In this document: in pieces, positions 8,565 to 16,567 of the stretch
Layout of the letters: each line of letters opens with the position of its first letter
How positions within the stretch are numbered: the stretch's first letter is position 1
Source: Candidatus Izemoplasmatales bacterium
Lineage (GTDB): Bacteria; Bacillota_I; Bacilli_A; Izemoplasmatales; Hujiaoplasmataceae
Direction of reading: 5' to 3'
DNA: 64,000 nt
NCBI GenBank assembly: GCA_046542225.1
Contig: JBKHBS010000001.1
Span: forward strand, 52,259 to 116,258
Position numbers and translations under genes: made by a program
Notes under the pieces: model-generated
Told to the model about the DNA's origin: nothing
The model's input: only the letters and a program-made list of their open reading frames with translations
Database searches by the model: none

Positions 8565-10328
8565 CTATGATTTTAATACAACTTCTAATTCATCAACCAA
8601 CTCTTCAAGTCTATGGACGACAGCTTTAAATGAGTCTTCTTTAGTTAAATCAACGCCTGCATCTAAAACTTGTTTAACTGGATAATTTGAACCACCTGAT
8701 TTAAGTAGGTTTAAATAGTTGTCAAAAGCATTTTCTTCATTATTCTTAACATTTTCATAAATTTTTAATGATGCTGCAAAACTTGTTGCATATTGATAAA
8801 CATAGAAAGGTGTGTAATATAAATGTGGAATGTATGCCCAAACAAATTCTTTTACTTCTTCCTCAGTGATGTCAATATCATAAAACTCTTTGTATAAGTC
8901 TATCATGATATTTGATAGTTTATCAGCTGTAATAGGCTCATTATTCTCCACTAATTTATGAGCTTCTAACTCATAAATTGCAAATAAAGTTTGTCGGTAA
9001 AATGTACCCATAATATCATCAATTGAACGTTGTAATAAAGCGATTTTTTCATTTTTTGATGCCTTTGATTCTTTCATAATATAATCTAGCAAATTATGTT
9101 CATTAAAAGTTGAAGCCACTTCTGCAACAAAAATTGTATAGTTTTGTAGGCTTGATGGTTGTGATTCAGCAGCATACATTGAATGCATAGAATGTCCAGC
9201 TTCATGAGCGACGGTAAAAACATTTGATAATGTCTTATCGTAGTTCAATAAGATAAATGGATGTAAGTTTGGCATCGAGCTTGAATATGCGCCTGTTCTT
9301 TTACCTGGTTGTTCTAAGACATCAACAAAACCTTCTCTTAAAACTTCTTTAGCCTTATCTTGAAAATCTTTAGGGAAATCTTTGATAGATTCAAAGAATA
9401 ATTCTTTGGCTTCTTCATATTCATATTCCTTATCAGATTTAGCAAGTTCTAAGAAACGATCATATGTATGATGTTTTTCTAAACCTAAGTGTTCTTTTCT
9501 TAGTTTAAGGTATTTTTTTACTGCTTTGGTATTTTCTCTAGCAACCTTAGTAAGTGTCATATAAACGTCTGTAGGGATGTTGTTGTTAAATAAATAACTT
9601 TCTAAAGAAGACTTATATTTTCTAGATTTCATACGGGCGTAATCAGCATCTAAGACAGTTTTATAAATATTTGCATATGTATTCTTGTGGTCAGCATAGT
9701 AATCAAAGACAGCTTGGAAAATATTTTTTCTATCTTCAGCGGATTCACTTTTTTGAATAAAAGCGCGATAATTGCTGTTGGTAATCGTGACAATTTCACC
9801 ACTGTCTAACATGACATCTGTACCTTCAATATCAGCAACGGTTAAAGAACTGTATAAACTTTTACCAGAAGCTGCTAATTGAGAGTAATTTGCTAGCAAA
9901 GCTTCAGATTGATCATCTAAAATATGCTCTTGTCTTCTAAATAGTTTTTCCATAGCAAATTTGTATTCTTTTAAAGATTCATTGTTTTCAATAAAAGACA
10001 TCACTTTTTCTTTGCCTAAAGCGATTAATTCTGGTTCTTCAAAAGATACAGCTTGTTGCAATTTAGCAAAGGCTAATTGTACTTTTTGCAAACGTGCAGC
10101 ATTCTCAGAATCTTTTTTGTTTAAATCACTTAATAAAGAAGCATATTGATAAGTTCTAAGCCCAGTGCTTTCAATTTCTTTCTGGAGATTAAAGAATTCT
10201 TTAAACTTTTCTTCATCACCTAATTGGCCCTTATAAGTCGCTAATTTATCAATGGTTTCCATTGTTTTATTATAAGCTTTTTCAAACTCACCAAGGTCCT
10301 TAAATAGATAGGTTAAATCCCATTTCAT
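8565..10328 (-). CDS. pepF: Oligoendopeptidase F (M3B)
   Basis: KWDLTYLF start, GKRTGAYS, HEAGHSMH zinc motif, FVAEVAS, WAYIPH, FYVYQYATS. Confidence 0.95.
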   Translation of the reverse strand: MKWDLTYLFKDLGEFEKAYNKTMETIDKLATYKGQLGDEEKFKEFFNLQKEIESTGLRTYQYASLLSDLNKKDSENAARLQKVQLAFAKLQQAVSFEEPELIALGKEKVMSFIENNESLKEYKFAMEKLFRRQEHILDDQSEALLANYSQLAASGKSLYSSLTVADIEGTDVMLDSGEIVTITNSNYRAFIQKSESAEDRKNIFQAVFDYYADHKNTYANIYKTVLDADYARMKSRKYKSSLESYLFNNNIPTDVYMTLTKVARENTKAVKKYLKLRKEHLGLEKHHTYDRFLELAKSDKEYEYEEAKELFFESIKDFPKDFQDKAKEVLREGFVDVLEQPGKRTGAYSSSMPNLHPFILLNYDKTLSNVFTVAHEAGHSMHSMYAAESQPSSLQNYTIFVAEVASTFNEHNLLDYIMKESKASKNEKIALLQRSIDDIMGTFYRQTLFAIYELEAHKLVENNEPITADKLSNIMIDLYKEFYDIDITEEEVKEFVWAYIPHLYYTPFYVYQYATSFAASLKIYENVKNNEENAFDNYLNLLKSGGSNYPVKQVLDAGVDLTKEDSFKAVVHRLEELVDELEVVLKS

Positions 10329-10448
10329 ATAATCATTCCTCCTAAATTTCTATTAATCACATTATAACATAGACATGGTTAAAAATGAAAAATAAACCTT
10401 TAATTTAATTGTAAATATGGTATAATATTATAGAAGCGAGGTGTTTAT

Positions 10449-10898
10449 ATGATAACTTTATATACAAGTTCAAGTTGTTCATCGTGCCGTAAAGCTAAGA
10501 AGTGGTTAGATACCAATAGAATTCCATATAGAGAGAAAAATATAATTGGTATTAAACTTACTAGGAATGATATTATCAATATGTTAAAATACTCAGAAAA
10601 TGGATTCGAGGATATTATCTCTACACGTTCAAAAGTTTTTAAGGAAAGCGATATTGAACCAGATTCAATGAAATTTTCAGAATTGGCTAATTTCATTATT
10701 GATAACCCAACCATTCTAAAGCGACCTATAATTATTAATGATCAAATTATGCAAACAGGTTATAATAAGGATGAGATTAGAGCATTTATCCCACCTGAAT
10801 TAAGAAATTTATCTCAATGTGGTGATGATTGCGGGGATTGTGAATACAAAGAATCAATAGAACGAGCAGTAGCAAGAGAAAGAAATCAGAATATTTAA
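10449..10898 (+). CDS. spxA: Transcriptional regulator Spx with a Cys-rich C-terminal extension
   Basis: MITLYTSSSCSSCRKAKKWL (CxxC), ENGFEDIISTRS, KRPII; TG-N-TATAAT promoter near 10418-10426. Confidence 0.9.
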   Translation: MITLYTSSSCSSCRKAKKWLDTNRIPYREKNIIGIKLTRNDIINMLKYSENGFEDIISTRSKVFKESDIEPDSMKFSELANFIIDNPTILKRPIIINDQIMQTGYNKDEIRAFIPPELRNLSQCGDDCGDCEYKESIERAVARERNQNI

Positions 10899-10901
10899 AA
10901 C

Positions 10902-10930
10902 AATAAAGACCAAATTGGTCTTTATTTCTT
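10902..10930 (+). terminator. Intrinsic terminator after spx
   Basis: AATAAAGACCA-aat-TGGTCTTTATT hairpin followed by a T-rich tail. Confidence 0.8.
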
Positions 10931-10989
10931 ATTTATGGACATTTTTATCGAGAAAATCAATGAAAACGTTTTTACTATTACTATCTTAA

Positions 10990-11018
10990 TTGAAAAAAGG
11001 TCTTATATACGTTAGAAT
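10990..11018 (+). promoter_or_regulatory. Sigma-A type promoter of gap
   Basis: TTGAAA (10990-10995) - 17 bp - TAGAAT (11013-11018); AAAGGAGG RBS downstream. Confidence 0.65.
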
Positions 11019-11050
11019 ATAAGTGTAATTTAAATAAAGGAGGACATATT

Positions 11051-12052
11051 ATGTCAGTAAAAGTAGCAATTAATGGTTTTGGGAGAATCGGAAGATTAGC
11101 TTTCAGAATTATGTTTGGAAACAAAGATTTTGATATCGTTGCAATTAATGATTTAACGGATGCAGAACAATTGGCTTATCTATTGAAATACGATAGTTCA
11201 CAAGGTAGATATGACAAAGACGTTTCGTTTGAAGGTAACGAGTTGATTGTTGATGGAGAAAGAATTACAATTTTTTCTCAACGTGATCCAGAACAATTAC
11301 CATGGAAAGAAAAAGATGTTGATGTTGTTTTAGAATGTACCGGTTTCTTCACTTCTGAAGAAGGTTCAAAAAAACACATTACAGCTGGTGCAAAAAAAGT
11401 TTTAATTTCAGCACCTGCGAAAGGTAATGTTCCAACCGTTGTTTATGGTGTGAACGATGAAACATTAACAGGTAAAGAAACACTTGTTTCAGCCGCCTCT
11501 TGTACAACAAACTGTTTAGCACCAATCGCAAAAATCTTAAACGATAAATTTGGCATTGTAAAAGGATTTATGACCACAGTACATGCTTACACAAATGACC
11601 AAGCCACACTTGATATACCTCATTCAAAAGGTATTAAAGCAAGAAGAGGAAGAGCTGCTGCTGCTAATATCGTTCCAACATCTACAGGTGCAGCTGCTGC
11701 TGTAGGTAAAGTTTTACCTGAATTAAACGGTAAGTTAGATGGTATGGCTTTACGTGTGCCAGTCATCACTGGTTCAGTTGTTGATTTAGTTGTTGAATTA
11801 AATAAAAATGTAACAGCTGCCGACGTAAACAAAGCTGTTAAAGATGCTCAATCAGATACAGTTGGTTATACTGAAGATCCAATTGTTTCATCGGATGTTA
11901 TCGGTATTGCTTATGGAACTTTATTTGATGCTTTATCAACTAAAGTTATGGAAGTAGATGGAAAGCAATTAGTTAAAGTAATCACTTGGTATGACAATGA
12001 ATATTCATTCACTGCCCAAATGATTAGAGTATTAAAAAAACTAGCACAATAA
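11051..12052 (+). CDS. gap: Type I glyceraldehyde-3-phosphate dehydrogenase
   Basis: INGFGRIGR, ASCTTNCLAP, WYDNE. Confidence 0.98.
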   Translation: MSVKVAINGFGRIGRLAFRIMFGNKDFDIVAINDLTDAEQLAYLLKYDSSQGRYDKDVSFEGNELIVDGERITIFSQRDPEQLPWKEKDVDVVLECTGFFTSEEGSKKHITAGAKKVLISAPAKGNVPTVVYGVNDETLTGKETLVSAASCTTNCLAPIAKILNDKFGIVKGFMTTVHAYTNDQATLDIPHSKGIKARRGRAAAANIVPTSTGAAAAVGKVLPELNGKLDGMALRVPVITGSVVDLVVELNKNVTAADVNKAVKDAQSDTVGYTEDPIVSSDVIGIAYGTLFDALSTKVMEVDGKQLVKVITWYDNEYSFTAQMIRVLKKLAQ

Positions 12053-12059
12053 TTTAACT

Positions 12060-12085
12060 AAAAAAGCATCTGCGGATGCTTTTTT
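12060..12085 (+). terminator. Intrinsic terminator after gap
   Basis: AAAAAGCATC-tgcg-GATGCTTTTTT. Confidence 0.88.
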
Positions 12086-12103
12086 ATTAACTAAGGTGAT
12101 ACA

Positions 12104-12733
12104 ATGGACTTTTTTTATCAATGGCTAGAAGATTTAAAAGTATTGGTTCAAAACAATTATTGGCTGGCGCCTGTAATCGGAATCCTTTTACCTTTTATCG
12201 AAGCGATTTTTCCTTCCTTACCCTTAGCCATTATCATATCTTTTAATTTAAGTGTTTTAGGTTTAGCCTTTGGTGTTATAGAGGGAACTATTCTCACTAT
12301 TCTTTTATCGACAATAGGCTCGTTTTTAGGCATGTTTTTAATCTTCTTTTTAATTAGAATCACACTGGCTGATTATTTTGTAAGGAAAGTCAGGAAATAT
12401 AAATACGGGGTGACCTTTTTAAATGCAGTCGAAGGCAAAAGCAAATGGTTTGTACTAGCCTTATTATCCAATCCTTTCTTACCATCTTCAGTATTAAACT
12501 ACGGATTATCTTTGACAAAAATCTCACTAAAAAAATACATCTTATTAACTGGCCTTTCTCGATTATTCATCATAATATTTATGGTCTTTTTAGGTTCTGT
12601 TTTTAGTTTGCAAGAAAATCCAATGAATGTGGTTTGGATGATGTCTGTATACTTTGTGATATTAGGTCTATGGCTCTTATATTTGAATTTTTTGAAGAAG
12701 AAAAAAGGTTCTTTTTTTGAAGACAAGGAATAG
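12104..12733 (+). CDS. TVP38/TMEM64 (DedA/VTT) family membrane protein
   Basis: PFIEAIFPSLPL, GSFLG, NPFLPSSVLNYG, hydrophobic profile. Confidence 0.85.
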   Translation: MDFFYQWLEDLKVLVQNNYWLAPVIGILLPFIEAIFPSLPLAIIISFNLSVLGLAFGVIEGTILTILLSTIGSFLGMFLIFFLIRITLADYFVRKVRKYKYGVTFLNAVEGKSKWFVLALLSNPFLPSSVLNYGLSLTKISLKKYILLTGLSRLFIIIFMVFLGSVFSLQENPMNVVWMMSVYFVILGLWLLYLNFLKKKKGSFFEDKE

Positions 12734-12790
12734 TATTTAAATGTTCATTTTTCAAGTTTCATGTTATAATAAATTTTGAGGTGATAGACA

Positions 12791-14065
12791 ATGAACAAAA
12801 ACGAATTTATTAAAAGAAGAAAAACTCTATGTGAAAAATTAGATGATCAAAGTTTTGCTTTATTGGCTGCCGGTCAATCTAAGCATAAATCGCTTGATCA
12901 GATGTATAAATATTTTCCGGAAAGAAGTTTTTATTATTTAACTGGCCTTAAAAGAGAAAATTTCATTCTTTTATTGGCTAAAAACAAAAAAGCAAATCTT
13001 GACTTTATTTTTATTGAAGAACCGAGTGATTTTGCAACCAAATGGCTTGGGAGAAGAATGACCAAGGAAGAAGTCAGTGAAGTTTCAGGTATCGATATTC
13101 AAAGAATATATTATATTCATGAGTTCGAAGACTTCATTGGTAAGAAATTGTTGCTTGATTCAAGACATTTAATCCTTGATCGTGTTCCTGACAGTGTTTA
13201 TTTAGACATGTTCAGAGCTCAAAGCATGCAAAAGCCTATTAGCTTTTTAAGTTTTGAAAAAATCATTAAAAATTATCCTGAACTTAGAATTAAGAATTTG
13301 AATGACATGATCTTTGAAATGAGAAGATTAAAATCTTCTGCTGAAGTAAATGAAATTAAAACCGCTATAGAACACACGAAAAAAGGGATATATTCAATCT
13401 TCGATTATGCTAAACCAGGCGTTAATGAAAGAGAATTAGAAGCAACTTTTGAATATAACATTAAATTGTCAGGTTCATCTGGTATGTCATTTGATACCAT
13501 TGTCGCTGGTGGCGGCAACGCTACCGTATTGCATTATGTTGAAAACAATCAAGTTATCAATGACGAGCATTTGGTCTTATTAGATTTAGGTGCTTTCCAT
13601 AATGAATATGCTGCTGATATATCTAGAACCTTCCCAATCAATGGGAAATTTACTGATAAACAAGCAGACTTATATAATATGGTTTTAGATGTTAATAAAA
13701 AGACTATTGAGAAGATTAAACCTGGTATTTATGTTAAAGAACTTAATGAGTTTGCCAAGGATGCTTTAGCAGAAGGTATGATAAAATTAGGTTATATTAA
13801 AAACAAAGATGAAATCTCTGAATATTATTATCACAATGTAAGTCATTATATGGGCTTAGATGTCCATGATGTTGGTACTTATACCAAGAAGCTTGAACCA
13901 GGTGTTGTTTTAACCGTTGAACCAGGCATATATATCGAAGAAGAAAAAATAGGCATTCGGATTGAAGACGATATTCTTGTCACTGAAGATGGCTATGAAA
14001 ATCTGAGTAAAGATATTATAAAAGAAATTAAAGATATAGAAGGATATTTTAACAAGAAGGCATAA
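12791..14065 (+). CDS. pepP: Xaa-Pro aminopeptidase (M24B)
   Basis: FYYLTG, LHYVEN, DLGA...DISRTFP, SHYMGLDVHDVG, TVEPGIY, GIRIEDD. Confidence 0.93.
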   Translation: MNKNEFIKRRKTLCEKLDDQSFALLAAGQSKHKSLDQMYKYFPERSFYYLTGLKRENFILLLAKNKKANLDFIFIEEPSDFATKWLGRRMTKEEVSEVSGIDIQRIYYIHEFEDFIGKKLLLDSRHLILDRVPDSVYLDMFRAQSMQKPISFLSFEKIIKNYPELRIKNLNDMIFEMRRLKSSAEVNEIKTAIEHTKKGIYSIFDYAKPGVNERELEATFEYNIKLSGSSGMSFDTIVAGGGNATVLHYVENNQVINDEHLVLLDLGAFHNEYAADISRTFPINGKFTDKQADLYNMVLDVNKKTIEKIKPGIYVKELNEFAKDALAEGMIKLGYIKNKDEISEYYYHNVSHYMGLDVHDVGTYTKKLEPGVVLTVEPGIYIEEEKIGIRIEDDILVTEDGYENLSKDIIKEIKDIEGYFNKKA

Positions 14066-14066
14066 T

Positions 14067-16304
14067 ATGACGTATGTTGAAGGTACTATAAAAAGATATT
14101 TATTTTATAGTGAAGACAATTCTTATTCAGTGATTAAGCTTGAAATTGCTGACACAAATGATCCTGAATTGATTCGTTATGAACCCACAATTATAGTTTG
14201 TGGGTTTTTTCCTAAGTTAGACAGTCATTCAAATTATAAGTTTAATGGTCAAGTGACACACCACGACAAATATGGTTTACAATTTAATGCCAAAACTTTT
14301 GAACGGGTTATCGACCATACTTATGATGGGATTATCGATTATTTATCCAGTGATATTTTTCCTGGGGTTGGAATAAAAACCGCGGAAAGAATCGTGGATT
14401 CTATTGGGCTTGATTGTTTGGATAAAATAGCGGAAGACGACCAAGTTCTTGATGATGTACCAAAATTAAATGATAAACTTAAATCTGTCATCCATGAGGG
14501 AATCATTAAGAATAGAGAGATGGAAAATACTCTTGTTTGGCTATATGGCTTTTCTATATCACCTAACATGGCCATGAAAATATATTCACAATATGGCATA
14601 GAAACCAAACAAATAATTAAAGAGAATCCTTATATTTTAATGGAAGAAGTGGAAGGCATTGGTTTTAAAAGAGCCGATGAAATCGGACTGAAAATAGGTT
14701 TTTCTCATGATGCTGATATAAGAATTTCTGCAGTCATCTATTACCTGCTTAGTGAATATATGAATAAGTATGGTGATACTTACTTGCTTAAGGATGACTT
14801 AATAAGATTTACATTAAGATTTCTTAACAACCAACAATCAGAGGAAGTTGAAGAAGAAAAAGTTTTAACGCAAATAAATGCTTTACTTGAAAGAGGTAAA
14901 ATCATTGAAAGCGAAGATAAAATCTCATTAAGTTACCTGTATTATGCCGAAAGCTTTATTGCGAAAAAAATGATGTCTTTAACAAGTGAGTTAGAAGATT
15001 ATAGTGAAATCTCAAACCATATTGAAGCTTTTGAAAATATCAATGATATTGTTTATACAGATGCTCAAAGAAAAGCCATTCACTTGGCATTATCTCATAC
15101 TATGACCATCATAACTGGTGGACCAGGAACAGGAAAAACCACTGTTATTAAAGGCATCATTGATGTTTATAAGATGTCGAGAAATCAAAGTATTGATGAA
15201 ATGGACATACGCTTGGCTGCACCGACAGGCAAGGCAGCCAAACGATTATCAGAATCAACTTTATTACCAGCAACAACCATTCATAAACTATTGGGTTATG
15301 ATTTTGAAGGTCAGTTTAAATACGATGAACATCATCCAATCGAAGCAAAAGTTTTGATTATTGATGAAGCGTCAATGATTGATTGTTTATTGATGAGAAA
15401 ACTTTTAGGGGCAATTAAAGTTGGAACAATCCTAGTCTTGGTTGGAGACGCCAACCAATTGCCTTCAGTTGGACCAGGAGACGTTTTAAATGATTTGATT
15501 ATCTCAGACATCTTTCCCGTCCAACGTTTGAACATCATCCATCGTCAAGCCAAAGATTCACATATTATTTCCTTGGCTTATGACGTGCTTGAAAAACAAA
15601 TTAGCGAAGACATTAATCAAAATCAAGACGATCGGGTATTTGTCCATGCCAAAGACACATACATTGCTTCAAATGTCCTTAAATTAATTGATAGGCTCAT
15701 CATCAAGGGTTACAGTTTAATTGATGACATCCAAGTATTGATTCCCATGTATAAGGGTATGAATGGCATTGACCGAATGAACGATTTAATTCAAGAAACC
15801 TTTAATGGTGAATCCAAAAACCAATCGATTAGCTTTGGAAATAAGAAGTTTTACTTACAAGACAAGGTCATGCAATTGGTCAACCAACTTGATAAAAATG
15901 TCATGAATGGTGACCAAGGCGTGGTTGTTGGTGTGGATGATGAAAAGGAAATTTTGGTTGATTTTTCTGGTAATATTGTGAAATACAATCGAAAAGATTT
16001 AGATCAATTAACCTTGGCTTATGCCACATCCATCCATAAATCACAAGGGTCTGAATACAAGGTTGTTATATTGCCCTTAACATTGTCATATACAATTATG
16101 CTGAAAAGAAAATTACTTTATACAGCAATCACAAGAGCCAAAGAAATGCTTGTAATGGTTGGAAACCCTGAAGCTTTTAAACGCGGCGTACTGGGTAAAG
16201 ATAGAAAGAGAAATACGCATTTACAGGATTTTTTGGTCAAGGAAACTGAATCAAATAATGATAATCAAGTTAAAATAGAAGATTTTCTCGATGATGACCA
16301 ATAA
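14067..16304 (+). CDS. recD2: ATP-dependent RecD-like DNA helicase RecD2
   Basis: HhH repeats (PGVG, EGIGFKRAD), GGPGTGKT, APTGKAA, DEASM, GDANQLPSVGPG, YATSIHKSQGSEY. Confidence 0.95.
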   Translation: MTYVEGTIKRYLFYSEDNSYSVIKLEIADTNDPELIRYEPTIIVCGFFPKLDSHSNYKFNGQVTHHDKYGLQFNAKTFERVIDHTYDGIIDYLSSDIFPGVGIKTAERIVDSIGLDCLDKIAEDDQVLDDVPKLNDKLKSVIHEGIIKNREMENTLVWLYGFSISPNMAMKIYSQYGIETKQIIKENPYILMEEVEGIGFKRADEIGLKIGFSHDADIRISAVIYYLLSEYMNKYGDTYLLKDDLIRFTLRFLNNQQSEEVEEEKVLTQINALLERGKIIESEDKISLSYLYYAESFIAKKMMSLTSELEDYSEISNHIEAFENINDIVYTDAQRKAIHLALSHTMTIITGGPGTGKTTVIKGIIDVYKMSRNQSIDEMDIRLAAPTGKAAKRLSESTLLPATTIHKLLGYDFEGQFKYDEHHPIEAKVLIIDEASMIDCLLMRKLLGAIKVGTILVLVGDANQLPSVGPGDVLNDLIISDIFPVQRLNIIHRQAKDSHIISLAYDVLEKQISEDINQNQDDRVFVHAKDTYIASNVLKLIDRLIIKGYSLIDDIQVLIPMYKGMNGIDRMNDLIQETFNGESKNQSISFGNKKFYLQDKVMQLVNQLDKNVMNGDQGVVVGVDDEKEILVDFSGNIVKYNRKDLDQLTLAYATSIHKSQGSEYKVVILPLTLSYTIMLKRKLLYTAITRAKEMLVMVGNPEAFKRGVLGKDRKRNTHLQDFLVKETESNNDNQVKIEDFLDDDQ

Positions 16305-16307
16305 TGT

Positions 16308-16336
16308 TTGCAAATCAATGGTAAATATTGTATAAT
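16308..16336 (+). promoter_or_regulatory. Sigma-A promoter of the alaS leader
   Basis: TTGCAA (16308-16313) - 17 bp - TATAAT (16331-16336). Confidence 0.8.
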
Positions 16337-16344
16337 AATTTTGA

Positions 16345-16552
16345 AATCTATGATGAAGATAAGTAGTATATGAATCTTTAAAAAAAAGAGAGTTTAGTGG
16401 TGGTGAAAACTAAACAAAGATTGATTGCGAAGCTCCTTCTGAGAGGTGTTAATCACACCCGTTTCTCGCGTTAAGAGTTTGAGTGCTAGGTAACTAGAAT
16501 TAAGGTGGTACCGCGATTTAATCGTCCTTTATATAGAGGGACGATTTTCTTA
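16345..16552 (+). ncRNA. T-box riboswitch (Ala specifier) upstream of alaS
   Basis: AGTA, AGAGA, GGTGAAA motifs, specifier GAA-GCT, T-box AAGGTGGTACCGCG (16502-16515), terminator AATCGTCC...GGACGATT-TTCTT. Confidence 0.92.
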
Positions 16553-16567
16553 TTTAATGAGGTGAAT

